DNA of 16,184 nucleotides. Origin: an uncultured bacterium. Its GTDB lineage: Bacteria > Schekmanbacteria > GWA2-38-11 > J061. The translations under genes and the position numbers were made by a program. Below, piece by piece: positions 1-8,782 of this stretch; position 1 is the first letter of the stretch; every line of letters begins with the position of its first letter. The notes below the pieces were generated by a model. The model saw only the letters and a list, made by a program, of their open reading frames with translations, did no database searches and had not been told where the DNA came from. The DNA lies in contig CAZJVM010000057.1 of the NCBI GenBank assembly GCA_964549305.1, positions 1-16,184 of the forward strand. Reading direction: 5' to 3'.

Positions 1-16
1 ACAAAATAAAAATTAA

Positions 17-45
17 TTGACAAAAGACTTTGTGACGATTAAGAT
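17..45 (+). promoter_or_regulatory. Putative sigma70 promoter upstream of rho
   Basis: TTGACA (17-22), 17-bp spacer, TAAGAT (40-45); A/T-rich UP-like sequence at 1-16. Confidence 0.65.
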
Positions 46-525
46 GTCCGGTATTAAGATTAATGTTCTTAAAGATCCTTCATACTAATATCCAAAAAAC
101 CAAATAAAATAGGTTATACAGCTTAAGTATAAAATAAATCAAAATTTCCTCACAAAAAAATTCGTTGGATGTGACTATATGTTTAATTCGGGTGCTTTAA
201 AAGATAATTAGAAGGCGTGACAATGAGGATGTCTGGCTAATGTTTGTTTTTTCGTATCTAAGATACCGGCAAAATGTTAACATATAATCTAATCATATAT
301 CCATCCGCGGATTACAATCTCTTAAAAAGAGTGAATTTCTATATTACCTAAAAGCAAGTATCTATGTAAAATCCTAAAAATCAGGTTGTTGGGGTGACTG
401 ACAATAAATCAGAAATGCGGTAAACGAAATTAACGGTGGTCAGTATTGATTTAATCTTTAATTCTACCATCACTTAAAATGTGTTTTAAAAAAAACCAAA
501 ATAGAATCTTGAAAGGATAAGTTTT

Positions 526-1953
526 ATGGCAAGAGCAGAAACTGATGAAAAGAAAAACGGAAAAAATTCTTCCGGTGCGCCGGGGGGAAGCAGCGAGATG
601 AGGCCGAACAAGACTGCCAACGGCAGGAGTAACGGTAAAAAAAATAACAATTCCAAAGAGAACAGCAATGTTAGCGCGGAGAAAAAGGAAAACAGCACTC
701 TTGATATTAGAAAGCTAAAGCAAATGACAATTGCTTCTCTGACCTCTTATTCGAGACAGCTTGGCATAAACGGTGTGAGCGGTCTCAAAAAACAAGAGCT
801 TATATTCGAAATATTAAGAGGGCAAATAGAGAAAAACGGTTTGGTTTACGGCGAGGGAGTCCTTGAGATTCTTCCTGACGGATTCGGTTTTTTGCGCTCT
901 ACAAATTATAACTACCTTCCCGGTCCTGATGACATTTATGTGTCTCCATCTCAGATTCGAAAATTTGGACTGAGGACAGGCGATACCGTTTCCGGACAAA
1001 TCAGGCCTCCGAAGGAAAGCGAGCGCTATTTTGCCCTTTTGAAAGTTGAAGCGATAGACTATGAACCCCCTGAAGCGACAAAAGAAAAAATACTTTTTGA
1101 CAATCTTACCCCCTTTTATCCAAAAGAAAAAATAAACCTTGAAATCGAAAATTCAAAAGACAACTATTCAATGAGGGTTATGGATCTCCTCACACCTATA
1201 GGCAAAGGACAACGCGGACTCATTGTCGCTCCTCCGAGGACAGGTAAAACGATGCTCCTTCAGGCGATTGCAAACAGCATTACGGAAAACCATCCCGAAG
1301 TCGTGCTTATAGTTCTTCTCATTGACGAAAGACCTGAAGAGGTTACGGATATGGAAAGGTCAGTTAACGGAGAGGTGATAAGTTCCACATTCGACGAACC
1401 TCCCACAAGGCACGTGCAGGTTGCCGATATGGTTATCGAAAAGGCAAAACGCCTCGTAGAGCATAAGAGGGATGTGGTAATCCTTCTTGACAGTATTACG
1501 CGTCTTGCAAGAGCATACAACACGGTTCAACCCCCGAGCGGAAAAATTCTTTCAGGCGGTATCGATTCAAATGCCCTTCACAGGCCGAAAAGGTTTTTCG
1601 GCGCGGCACGAAGCATAGAAGAGGGCGGAAGTCTCACCATTATTGCGACAGCTTTAATAGACACGGGAAGCAGAATGGATGATGTTATTTTCGAGGAGTT
1701 TAAAGGAACAGGCAATATGGAAGTTAATCTTGACAGAAAACTCGTTGACAAGAGGGTATTCCCCGCAATCGATATCAGCAAGTCCGGTACGAGAAAAGAA
1801 GAATTACTGCTTGAGCCCGATGAACTGAACAAAATATGGATTTTGCGTAAATTTCTCAATCCTATGGGAGTCGTGGAAGCTATGGAATTTCTCAAGGGAA
1901 AGCTCAAGGGAACCAAGAGCAACAAGGATTTTCTAAATTCAATGAACACCTGA
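526..1953 (+). CDS. rho: Transcription termination factor Rho, with a ~58-aa low-complexity N-terminal extension
   Basis: [15 protein letters not shown] and [13 protein letters not shown]-binding motifs; Walker [53 protein letters not shown] upstream of the ATG. Confidence 0.99.
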   Translation: MARAETDEKKNGKNSSGAPGGSSEMRPNKTANGRSNGKKNNNSKENSNVSAEKKENSTLDIRKLKQMTIASLTSYSRQLGINGVSGLKKQELIFEILRGQIEKNGLVYGEGVLEILPDGFGFLRSTNYNYLPGPDDIYVSPSQIRKFGLRTGDTVSGQIRPPKESERYFALLKVEAIDYEPPEATKEKILFDNLTPFYPKEKINLEIENSKDNYSMRVMDLLTPIGKGQRGLIVAPPRTGKTMLLQAIANSITENHPEVVLIVLLIDERPEEVTDMERSVNGEVISSTFDEPPTRHVQVADMVIEKAKRLVEHKRDVVILLDSITRLARAYNTVQPPSGKILSGGIDSNALHRPKRFFGAARSIEEGGSLTIIATALIDTGSRMDDVIFEEFKGTGNMEVNLDRKLVDKRVFPAIDISKSGTRKEELLLEPDELNKIWILRKFLNPMGVVEAMEFLKGKLKGTKSNKDFLNSMNT

Positions 1954-1962
1954 TATTTCTTA

Positions 1963-1993
1963 TTGATAAAAAATATTATTTAGTATATATAAC
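1963..1993 (+). promoter_or_regulatory. Possible sigma70 promoter for rpmE-prfA
   Basis: TTGATA (1963-1968) followed by TATATAAC (1986-1993) in an AT-rich spacer; the -10 register is ambiguous. Confidence 0.35.
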
Positions 1994-2055
1994 TGTTTCT
2001 TAAGTGATTATCAGTATGTGAAGCGATTTGAAACAAGGACAGAGGAGGAGTTAAG

Positions 2056-2262
2056 TTGAAAAAAGATATTCATCCGGATTATAAAAAGGTCACCATAACC
2101 TGTGCCTGCGGCGAAGTTATAGAGACGTCTTCCACAAAGGAAAATATCCACATAGAAATATGTTCAAAATGCCATCCCTTCTTTACGGGAAAACATAAGC
2201 TTGTGGATACTGCCGGAAGGGTTGAAAAATTCCGCCGCAAATACAAGAAAAAAGACAATTGA
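2056..2262 (+). CDS. rpmE: 50S ribosomal protein L31, zinc-binding (C+) type
   Basis: MKKDIHPDY...CACG...[13 protein letters not shown]...DTAGRVEKF; four Cys zinc ligands; strong RBS GAGGAGGAG before the TTG start. Confidence 0.98.
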   Translation: MKKDIHPDYKKVTITCACGEVIETSSTKENIHIEICSKCHPFFTGKHKLVDTAGRVEKFRRKYKKKDN

Positions 2263-2415
2263 TTATTCTTTTTCGCTATGGTTATTAACATTGGCTTTAT
2301 GCAAGATTTCTGTTCACAGTTTGAATTCCATTCGTAGCCGGATTGCATAAGTATTCGCGTACTCAATTTGCCCTTTGTCCGTATTTTCACTCGTTTAAAT
2401 TCCTTACTTTAGAGA

Positions 2416-3489
2416 TTGAAATTGTTTAAAAAACTCGATCAGATTGCTGAGAGATATGATGATGTAACGAAACAACTCTCCGACCCTTCCGTATTCGATG
2501 ACAATGAAAAATATAAGAAATTAAGCAAGGAACATTCCCATCTTTTAAAAATCGTTGATAAGTATTCCCGTTATAAAAAGATTAATTCTGAAATAACGGA
2601 AAACAAGCTTCTTCTAAAAGAGGAGAAGGATGAAGAGATGAAGGATATGGCAAAAGAGGAAATCGAAAATCTACAATGCGAGCTTTCTGAAATCGAAGAA
2701 GCGCTTAAAATACTTCTTCTCCCGAAAGATGAAAATGATGAAAAGAATATTCTCCTTGAAATCAGGGCAGGCGCGGGAGGCGATGAAGCCGCTCTCTTTG
2801 CATCAGTGCTGTTCAGAATGTATTCCCGTTTTGTTGAGCGAAAAAACTGGAAAATCGAAATTCTAAGCTCAAGCCCGACTGGCATTGGCGGTTTCAAGGA
2901 AATTATCGCTTTAATCGAGGGTAACAGCGTTTACAGTCTTCTTAAATACGAAAGCGGTGTTCACAGGGTGCAGAGAATTCCGGTGACCGAATCGGGAGGA
3001 AGAATTCATACATCAACAGTAACCGTTGCCGTTATGCCAGAGGCGGAGGATGTGGAGATTGATATCAAACCCGCGGACTTGAAGATCGATGTGTACAGAT
3101 CGTCCGGACCCGGCGGGCAAAGTGTAAACACGACCGATTCCGCTGTAAGGATTACGCATCTTCCCACAAATACCGTTGTCTGCTGTCAGGATGAAAAGTC
3201 ACAACATAAAAACAAGGCGCAGGCAATGAAAATATTGAAAACACGCATTCTTGCCAAAAAGAGGGAAGAGCATGAGAATGAGATTGCTCAGCAGAGGAGG
3301 AACCAGGTCGGCACGGGCGACAGAAGCGAAAGAATAAGGACCTACAATTATCCTCAGGGAAGAATCACCGACCATAGAATTTCCTTTTCAACGCACAGAT
3401 TTGAACCCTTTCTTGACGGCGAGCTTGATGAAATGATAAGCAACCTTTCCACTGCCCATCAGGCGGAACTTCTGCGGGCAAATAAGTAA
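2416..3489 (+). CDS. prfA: Peptide chain release factor 1
   Basis: RF1-specific PxT motif (QRIPVTESGGRIHTS), GPGGQ catalytic motif, EIRAGAGGDEA, GDRSERIRTYNYPQ; TTG start at 2416 or 2422. Confidence 0.99.
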   Translation: MKLFKKLDQIAERYDDVTKQLSDPSVFDDNEKYKKLSKEHSHLLKIVDKYSRYKKINSEITENKLLLKEEKDEEMKDMAKEEIENLQCELSEIEEALKILLLPKDENDEKNILLEIRAGAGGDEAALFASVLFRMYSRFVERKNWKIEILSSSPTGIGGFKEIIALIEGNSVYSLLKYESGVHRVQRIPVTESGGRIHTSTVTVAVMPEAEDVEIDIKPADLKIDVYRSSGPGGQSVNTTDSAVRITHLPTNTVVCCQDEKSQHKNKAQAMKILKTRILAKKREEHENEIAQQRRNQVGTGDRSERIRTYNYPQGRITDHRISFSTHRFEPFLDGELDEMISNLSTAHQAELLRANK

Positions 3490-3675
3490 ACGCAAGCCAG
3501 GGGAAAATAGATTAATATCGTATTTTCAGTTGTTTCTCTGCACACTTTGTGCCCTGCGCCACAGTCAAAGGAAAAAAATATATTTTTCCAAAACAATCCC
3601 TGTTGTGAGAAGTTTCCTGATAATGTATATATCTGAAAAACTATTTGCTCATAATAAGCAGAGAGGGATTTAGAA

Positions 3676-4614
3676 TTGATATTAGAGGGGAAAATGGAAG
3701 GTGTCTTTTTAAGCAATGATGAAAATGACATTGCTTCTTTGATTAAAAAATCTACCGGAATCTTTAAATTTGCCGGAATTAAAACCGCGCGGATAGACAG
3801 CGAACTACTCCTTTGCCGGGCATTGAGAGTTGATAAGGCATACCTTTACACCCACCCGGAAGAAATACCCGACGACGGAAAGATAGAAGAATTTTCAAAG
3901 CTTGTGAATCTCCGCAAAGCAAGAATGCCTGTGCAGTATCTCATAGGAAAACAGGAATTCTGGTCAAGGGATTTCATTGTCAATGAAGGCGTCTTTATTC
4001 CCCGTCCTGAAACTGAAATGGTGATTGAAATAATCATTGCCGATTTCGAAAAGGTTATGGAGAAAACAAAGTCACGAAAAGAAGACGCGAGAGTTATCGA
4101 TATAGGTACCGGGACAGGGATTATTCCCGTCACTTTGAAAAACGAAATGCTCTTTATCAATATGTTTGCTGTCGATATTTCGCATCAGGCAATTAAAACG
4201 GCAAAATTCAACGCGCGGATACACCTTGGCGGAAGCAGTGTTTCATTTATTATGTCAGACGGTTTCAGCGCTTTTTCCGAAAAGCGCAATAACGCCCATA
4301 AACCCTTTCATATTGTCGTATCGAATCCTCCTTATATTCCCGATGTTGACATAGAAAAACTTGAACCTGAAGTATCGAAGTGGGAACCTCGCACCGCGCT
4401 TTCAGGTGGTGCCGACGGCACAGATATGATTAGATATATAATTGAAGAATCTCCCCGTTACATTCGCAAAGGCGGAATGCTCATAATGGAAACGGGAGAA
4501 GGGCAGAGGGAGATTATAAAATCGATTGCGGATTCGACGGGGAAATATGATGAAGTGAATTTCTACAATGATTATTCCTCGAAGGAAAGGGTTGCGCAGT
4601 TATGGATAAAATAG
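3676..4614 (+). CDS. prmC: Release factor glutamine N5-methyltransferase PrmC/HemK
   Basis: VFIPRPETE, SAM-binding DIGTGTG, NPPY motif, EPRTALSGGADG; follows prfA. Start is either TTG 3676 or ATG 3694, each preceded by GAGGG. Confidence 0.96.
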   Translation: MILEGKMEGVFLSNDENDIASLIKKSTGIFKFAGIKTARIDSELLLCRALRVDKAYLYTHPEEIPDDGKIEEFSKLVNLRKARMPVQYLIGKQEFWSRDFIVNEGVFIPRPETEMVIEIIIADFEKVMEKTKSRKEDARVIDIGTGTGIIPVTLKNEMLFINMFAVDISHQAIKTAKFNARIHLGGSSVSFIMSDGFSAFSEKRNNAHKPFHIVVSNPPYIPDVDIEKLEPEVSKWEPRTALSGGADGTDMIRYIIEESPRYIRKGGMLIMETGEGQREIIKSIADSTGKYDEVNFYNDYSSKERVAQLWIK

Positions 4615-5858
4615 CGCTTGAAGGCGGAGTTAAACTTTCGGGAGAGATTGAAATAAGCGGGGCGAAAAATTCCGCTTTGCCCGCAATGTCGGCATCTCTT
4701 CTCACGAGAGGAAAGTCGGTCATAGGAAATGTTCCAAAACTGAGAGACATAAACACATTCGTAAAAGTTCTGGAACATCTTGGTGCAAAAGTGAGATGGA
4801 TTGAAGGCAATTCCATTGAAATCGACACCTCTTCGGTTAACTGTTTTGAAGCGCCTTATGATCTGGTCAGGACAATGCGCGCTTCAGTGCTTGTGTTGGG
4901 TCCTCTTGTTTCAAGATACGGCAGGGCGAAGATATCTCTGCCCGGAGGGTGCGCAATCGGGGCGCGCCCCGTTAATTTTCATATCAGGGCAATGGAACAG
5001 CTTGGCGCGGATATCAACCTTGAAAATGGCTATATCGATGCCCTTGCAAAGGGGCTTAAAGGATGCAGGATTGTTTTTGATACAGTTACGGTAACGGGTA
5101 CCGCGAATGTCCTGATGGCATCGGCAATTGCAGAGGGCGAAACGGTAATAGAGAATGCGGCAAAGGAGCCGGAAATTGTTGACCTTTGCGGTATTTTAAA
5201 AGCGATGGGCGCAAGAATCTCAGGCGAAGGGACTGAAACAATTAAAATTACGGGAAAGTTAGAGCTGTCGCCTTTTGAGTGGAATGTGATTCCGGACAGA
5301 ATAGAAACATTGACGTTCGTCATAGCAGGCGCGATTACCGGAGGCGATATTATAGTGAAGCGGTGCAATCCTTCTCATAGCGCGACGGTCATCGATAAAT
5401 TGCGGGAAACAGGTGTCGAGATTATCGAAGGAGATAATTATCTGGATGTTAAGGGGAACGGGCAAATTTTGGCTTCTGATATAAAAACAGCGCCCTATCC
5501 GGGTTTTGCTACGGATATGCAGGCGCAGTTTATGGCATTAATGACTCTTTGCGAAGGCGCGAGCGTGATTTCTGAAACGGTTTTTGAAAACAGGTTTATG
5601 CATGTTGCGGAACTGATAAGAATGGGCGCACAGATAAAAGTCGACGGTCATACGGCAGTGGTAAAGGGAGTGGCGGAGTTGAAGGGCGCGCCCGTGATGG
5701 CAACGGACTTAAGGGCAAGCGCCAGTCTGATTCTTGCAGGCCTTGCAGCAGAGGGTGAAACAGTTATCTCAAGGGTCTATCATATTGACAGAGGATATGA
5801 GAATATTGAAGAGAAACTGTCAAAAGCCGGAGCAAAGATTAAAAGGATTTATTCGTAG
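4602..5858 (+). CDS. murA: UDP-N-acetylglucosamine 1-carboxyvinyltransferase
   Basis: SGAKNSALP, MRASVLVLGPL, LPGGCAIGARP (active-site Cys type), PYPGFATDMQAQ, ATDLRASASL, HIDRGYE; overlaps the prmC end by 13 nt. Confidence 0.99.
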   Translation: MDKIALEGGVKLSGEIEISGAKNSALPAMSASLLTRGKSVIGNVPKLRDINTFVKVLEHLGAKVRWIEGNSIEIDTSSVNCFEAPYDLVRTMRASVLVLGPLVSRYGRAKISLPGGCAIGARPVNFHIRAMEQLGADINLENGYIDALAKGLKGCRIVFDTVTVTGTANVLMASAIAEGETVIENAAKEPEIVDLCGILKAMGARISGEGTETIKITGKLELSPFEWNVIPDRIETLTFVIAGAITGGDIIVKRCNPSHSATVIDKLRETGVEIIEGDNYLDVKGNGQILASDIKTAPYPGFATDMQAQFMALMTLCEGASVISETVFENRFMHVAELIRMGAQIKVDGHTAVVKGVAELKGAPVMATDLRASASLILAGLAAEGETVISRVYHIDRGYENIEEKLSKAGAKIKRIYS

Positions 5859-5919
5859 AAATTAAGCCGGGTAAATGGTATTAATCCGCTCATAGAAAAA
5901 TGGATAATGGAGACAGAGA

Positions 5920-7209
5920 TTGAAAATAATTAAAAACGGTTCCCGTGAATCTGATAAATTTCTTGAAAAGCTTGCCGGAAGGCACGTTGACGCGGACCCT
6001 GCTATTGAGAAAAAAGTTGCGACGATTTTAAAGGATGTAAAAGAGAACGGCGACATAGCGCTTGTGAAATATACGAAAAGATTCGACAAAGTTTCTCTCG
6101 GGAAAACCCTTCCGCTTAAGATGAGCAATGAAGAAAGAAAAGATATCGAAAGCAATGTATCCCGTAAAATAATAACTCTTTTAAAAAACGCAGCGGAGAG
6201 GATCAGGCGGTTTCATATGCGCGAGCTGAAATCAGGATGGCTTTACGAGGAGAAGGAGGGAATTATTACGGGACAAAAGCTTACACCTGTTTCCGTTGCG
6301 GGACTTTATGTGCCGGGAGGAAAAGCGGCATACCCTTCTTCTGTGCTGATGAATGCCATCCCCGCGAAGGTTGCCGGAGTTGAAAAAATAATAATGTGTA
6401 CTCCTCCCTCAAAAGAGGGCATTAATCCCGCTGTAATTGCGGCGGCTGAAATTGCCGGCGTTGATGAAATTTACCGGGTTGGAGGCGCGCAGGGAATTGG
6501 CGCGATGGCATACGGTACTGAAACTGTGCCTGCCGTTGATGTTATAGTAGGACCTGGAAATATATTTGTTGCAGCGGCAAAGAAACAGGTTTTCGGCACT
6601 GTGGGAATCGATATGATTGCGGGTCCGACGGAAGTTGTCATTGTCGCGGACAGTGGGGCAAACCACGATTTCATCGCTGCTGATATGATTTCACAGGCGG
6701 AACATGATGAAAATGCGTCTTCTGTATGCATAACAACTTCATCCAAAGTCGCAAAAAATATTTTAAAATCATTGGAGAAAAGACTCTCCCGTTTTGAACG
6801 CAGAAAGATAGCGGAAAAATCTCTCAAAAAATACGGAGCGATAATTCTCTCTAAAAGTATTGATGAGGCAATAGATATTGCAAACAGAATTGCTCCCGAG
6901 CATCTGGAGCTAATGGTAAATGATCCTTTCAAATTGCTTTCGAAAGTTAGAAATGCGGGAGCTGTTTTTCTCGGCGCTTACACCCCCGAACCGGTAGGGG
7001 ATTATGTGGCGGGGCCAAATCACGTGCTTCCCACGGGAGGTTCGTCAAGGTTTTCATCGCACCTTTCCGTGGATAACTTTCTGAAGAAAACAAGCATACT
7101 TCATCTCAAGAAGAAAGGTTTTAACTATCTTTCCAAAAATGCCTGCAGGTTTGCCGAAATTGAAGGACTCGTGGGGCATTCTCTATCTGTGAAGGCAAGG
7201 ATGAAATAA
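5920..7209 (+). CDS. hisD: Histidinol dehydrogenase
   Basis: GLYVPGGKAAYPSSVLMNAIPA, GGAQGIGAMAYG, GPGNIFV, IDMIAGPTEV, QAEHD, APEHLEL, GDYVAGPNHVLPT; GGAG RBS and TTG start. Confidence 0.98.
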   Translation: MKIIKNGSRESDKFLEKLAGRHVDADPAIEKKVATILKDVKENGDIALVKYTKRFDKVSLGKTLPLKMSNEERKDIESNVSRKIITLLKNAAERIRRFHMRELKSGWLYEEKEGIITGQKLTPVSVAGLYVPGGKAAYPSSVLMNAIPAKVAGVEKIIMCTPPSKEGINPAVIAAAEIAGVDEIYRVGGAQGIGAMAYGTETVPAVDVIVGPGNIFVAAAKKQVFGTVGIDMIAGPTEVVIVADSGANHDFIAADMISQAEHDENASSVCITTSSKVAKNILKSLEKRLSRFERRKIAEKSLKKYGAIILSKSIDEAIDIANRIAPEHLELMVNDPFKLLSKVRNAGAVFLGAYTPEPVGDYVAGPNHVLPTGGSSRFSSHLSVDNFLKKTSILHLKKKGFNYLSKNACRFAEIEGLVGHSLSVKARMK

Positions 7210-7328
7210 AAAAATAGTTTCAATATTAGAAGCAATGCCTTTACCTGTTGAGGCAGGTTCACGATTTGAATCAGCTTTTTCCTCCCTCGTTTTTTTTAAA
7301 ATCTTAAATATCCAAAGAAAGTCTTTTC

Positions 7329-7367
7329 AGTGCGATAACGCACGTTATTAAGTGTGATAACGCACTT
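7329..7367. promoter_or_regulatory. Tandem palindromic boxes, putative upstream activator sequence of a sigma54 enhancer-binding protein
   Basis: AGTGCGATAACGCAC (7329-7343) and AGTGTGATAACGCAC (7351-7365): 14/15 identical, each palindromic (GTGCG-N4-CGCAC), 22 bp apart, ~130-160 bp upstream of the -24/-12 element. Confidence 0.7.
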
Positions 7368-7428
7368 TTTCTACCATATTATAGGCACATAAAAAACATC
7401 AAACCAAAATAGGAAAATTTAATAAGCA

Positions 7429-7441
7429 TAAGATGTTGAAA
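7429..7441 (-). promoter_or_regulatory. IHF-like binding site
   Basis: Reverse strand reads TTTCAACATCTTA versus consensus WATCAANNNNTTR (one mismatch); lies between the enhancer boxes and the sigma54 element. Confidence 0.45.
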
Positions 7442-7488
7442 TATAGACTAAAATAAAATTCCAGTTGTCTTTAGATAATTCTCACAAT

Positions 7489-7504
7489 TGGCATAGATAT
7501 TGCA
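7489..7504 (+). promoter_or_regulatory. Sigma54 (RpoN) -24/-12 promoter
   Basis: TGGCATAGATATTGCA has exact GG-N10-GC spacing with TGGCA and TTGCA half-sites, oriented towards the NHL gene. Confidence 0.8.
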
Positions 7505-7542
7505 ATATCTGACAAAAAAAATGTCAATTTCGCAGTGTATTT

Positions 7543-8781
7543 ATGACATTTAAGAGAAATATTTTAAAGAAAGGTTTTAGAAATATGAAAAAAATATCAG
7601 GTATTAAAGCAGTTTCATATTATACTCTTCTTTTTACTTTGGGAGTATTACTACTTATATCATCTTCCGATAATGCATATGCAGGGAAGAAAAATGCAAA
7701 ATTTAAAATCATTGTTGAAATTCAGACCGATTTTGCAATTTCCGTTCAGGACATCCCTGTTTATCTGTCAGAAAATTCATCAGAAACATCTATTCAGGGA
7801 GTTACAAAAAAATCAGGTAAAGTAAAGTTCGAAAAACTTGGACAGGGAATATATACGGTATCCCCCGATAGAGACGGTTTCTCATTTAAACCTGCATCAC
7901 AGGAATTAAAACTTTCAAAGAAAAATACTAACAAAATTTTCTTTACCATACTCAAAAATGATGTACTGGCAAAGAATTCGATGAATGTTCCCGAGACTCA
8001 TTATCCCACACGCCTTTGTCAGGGGAATGACGGTCAATTTTATACAAGCGATTCAAGGGCAAATTCAGTTTTTATCTACAATTACAAGCTTGACCTTGTG
8101 GACAGATTTGGTGGACTTTCAACACCGCTCGGAATCGCAGTTGACGATTCGGGTAATGTCTATGTTGGAAACGATGGCAGAGATAATGTAGAAATATATA
8201 ACCGCGTAGGTAAGAAGATTGCATCAATAGGTGATGGAAAAATTTTAATGCCCAATGCCATAGCAATCGATAAATCAGGGAAAATTTATGTTGCCGACAG
8301 TCTTGATGATAATGTGAAGGTATATAATGCAGGTGGAAAACTGCAGAGGAAAATAGGTTCCGGAATCCTCGAATTTCCTTCCGATATTTCAATCAAATAT
8401 AATGCTTCAGGGAAAAAAGGTAAAATTTTTGTAGCAGATCAGGGAAAAGGAAAAATAAGGATATTTAAATTGAATGGCAAACTTATCAAGAGTTTCGGTA
8501 AAAAAGTTTCGAATAAATCTTCAAGCTACAATGGTCAGTTTGTAAGACTTCAGAGCATTGACATAGATAACAAAGGAAGAATTCACGCTTCGGACAGTTT
8601 TACAAACAATATTCAGATTTTAAACCGGAAAAACGGAAAATTCATAAATTCTTACGGAAACTATGATACAGAGGGTAACGGATTGAACCTTCCTCTCGAC
8701 ATAATGGTTTATTCAAAAGGTAAAACAATTGTTGCGAATGCTGAAAATCACAGCGTTGACTTGATATCCATTTCTAAATAA
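7543..8781 (+). CDS. Secreted NHL-repeat (6-bladed beta-propeller) protein with an N-terminal Lys-rich beta-sandwich (carboxypeptidase-regulatory-like) domain
   Basis: Signal peptide ending NAYA; repeats PLGIAVDDSGNVYVGN, PNAIAIDKSGKIYVADS, FPSDISI...IFVADQG, LQSIDIDNKGRIHASDS, LPLDIMV; the true start may be ATG 7585. Confidence 0.88.
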   Translation: MTFKRNILKKGFRNMKKISGIKAVSYYTLLFTLGVLLLISSSDNAYAGKKNAKFKIIVEIQTDFAISVQDIPVYLSENSSETSIQGVTKKSGKVKFEKLGQGIYTVSPDRDGFSFKPASQELKLSKKNTNKIFFTILKNDVLAKNSMNVPETHYPTRLCQGNDGQFYTSDSRANSVFIYNYKLDLVDRFGGLSTPLGIAVDDSGNVYVGNDGRDNVEIYNRVGKKIASIGDGKILMPNAIAIDKSGKIYVADSLDDNVKVYNAGGKLQRKIGSGILEFPSDISIKYNASGKKGKIFVADQGKGKIRIFKLNGKLIKSFGKKVSNKSSSYNGQFVRLQSIDIDNKGRIHASDSFTNNIQILNRKNGKFINSYGNYDTEGNGLNLPLDIMVYSKGKTIVANAENHSVDLISISK

Positions 8782-8782
8782 C

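Noticed and set aside
303-312. Perfect 10-bp palindrome ATCCGCGGAT in the rho leader
   Set aside because: Single short instance with no supporting context
2297-2350. Inverted repeat TTATGCAA...TTGCATAA between rpmE and prfA
   Set aside because: Only 8 bp, AT-rich, with a 38-nt gap; compatible with chance, and no recognisable RNA family
7236-7297. Possible terminator after hisD (ACCTG/CAGGT hairpin, later T tracts)
   Set aside because: The stem is short and not adjacent to the T run
7329-7365. Repeat pair as a CRISPR remnant
   Set aside because: Only two 15-bp units with a 7-bp gap and no cas genes; fits a transcription factor site much better
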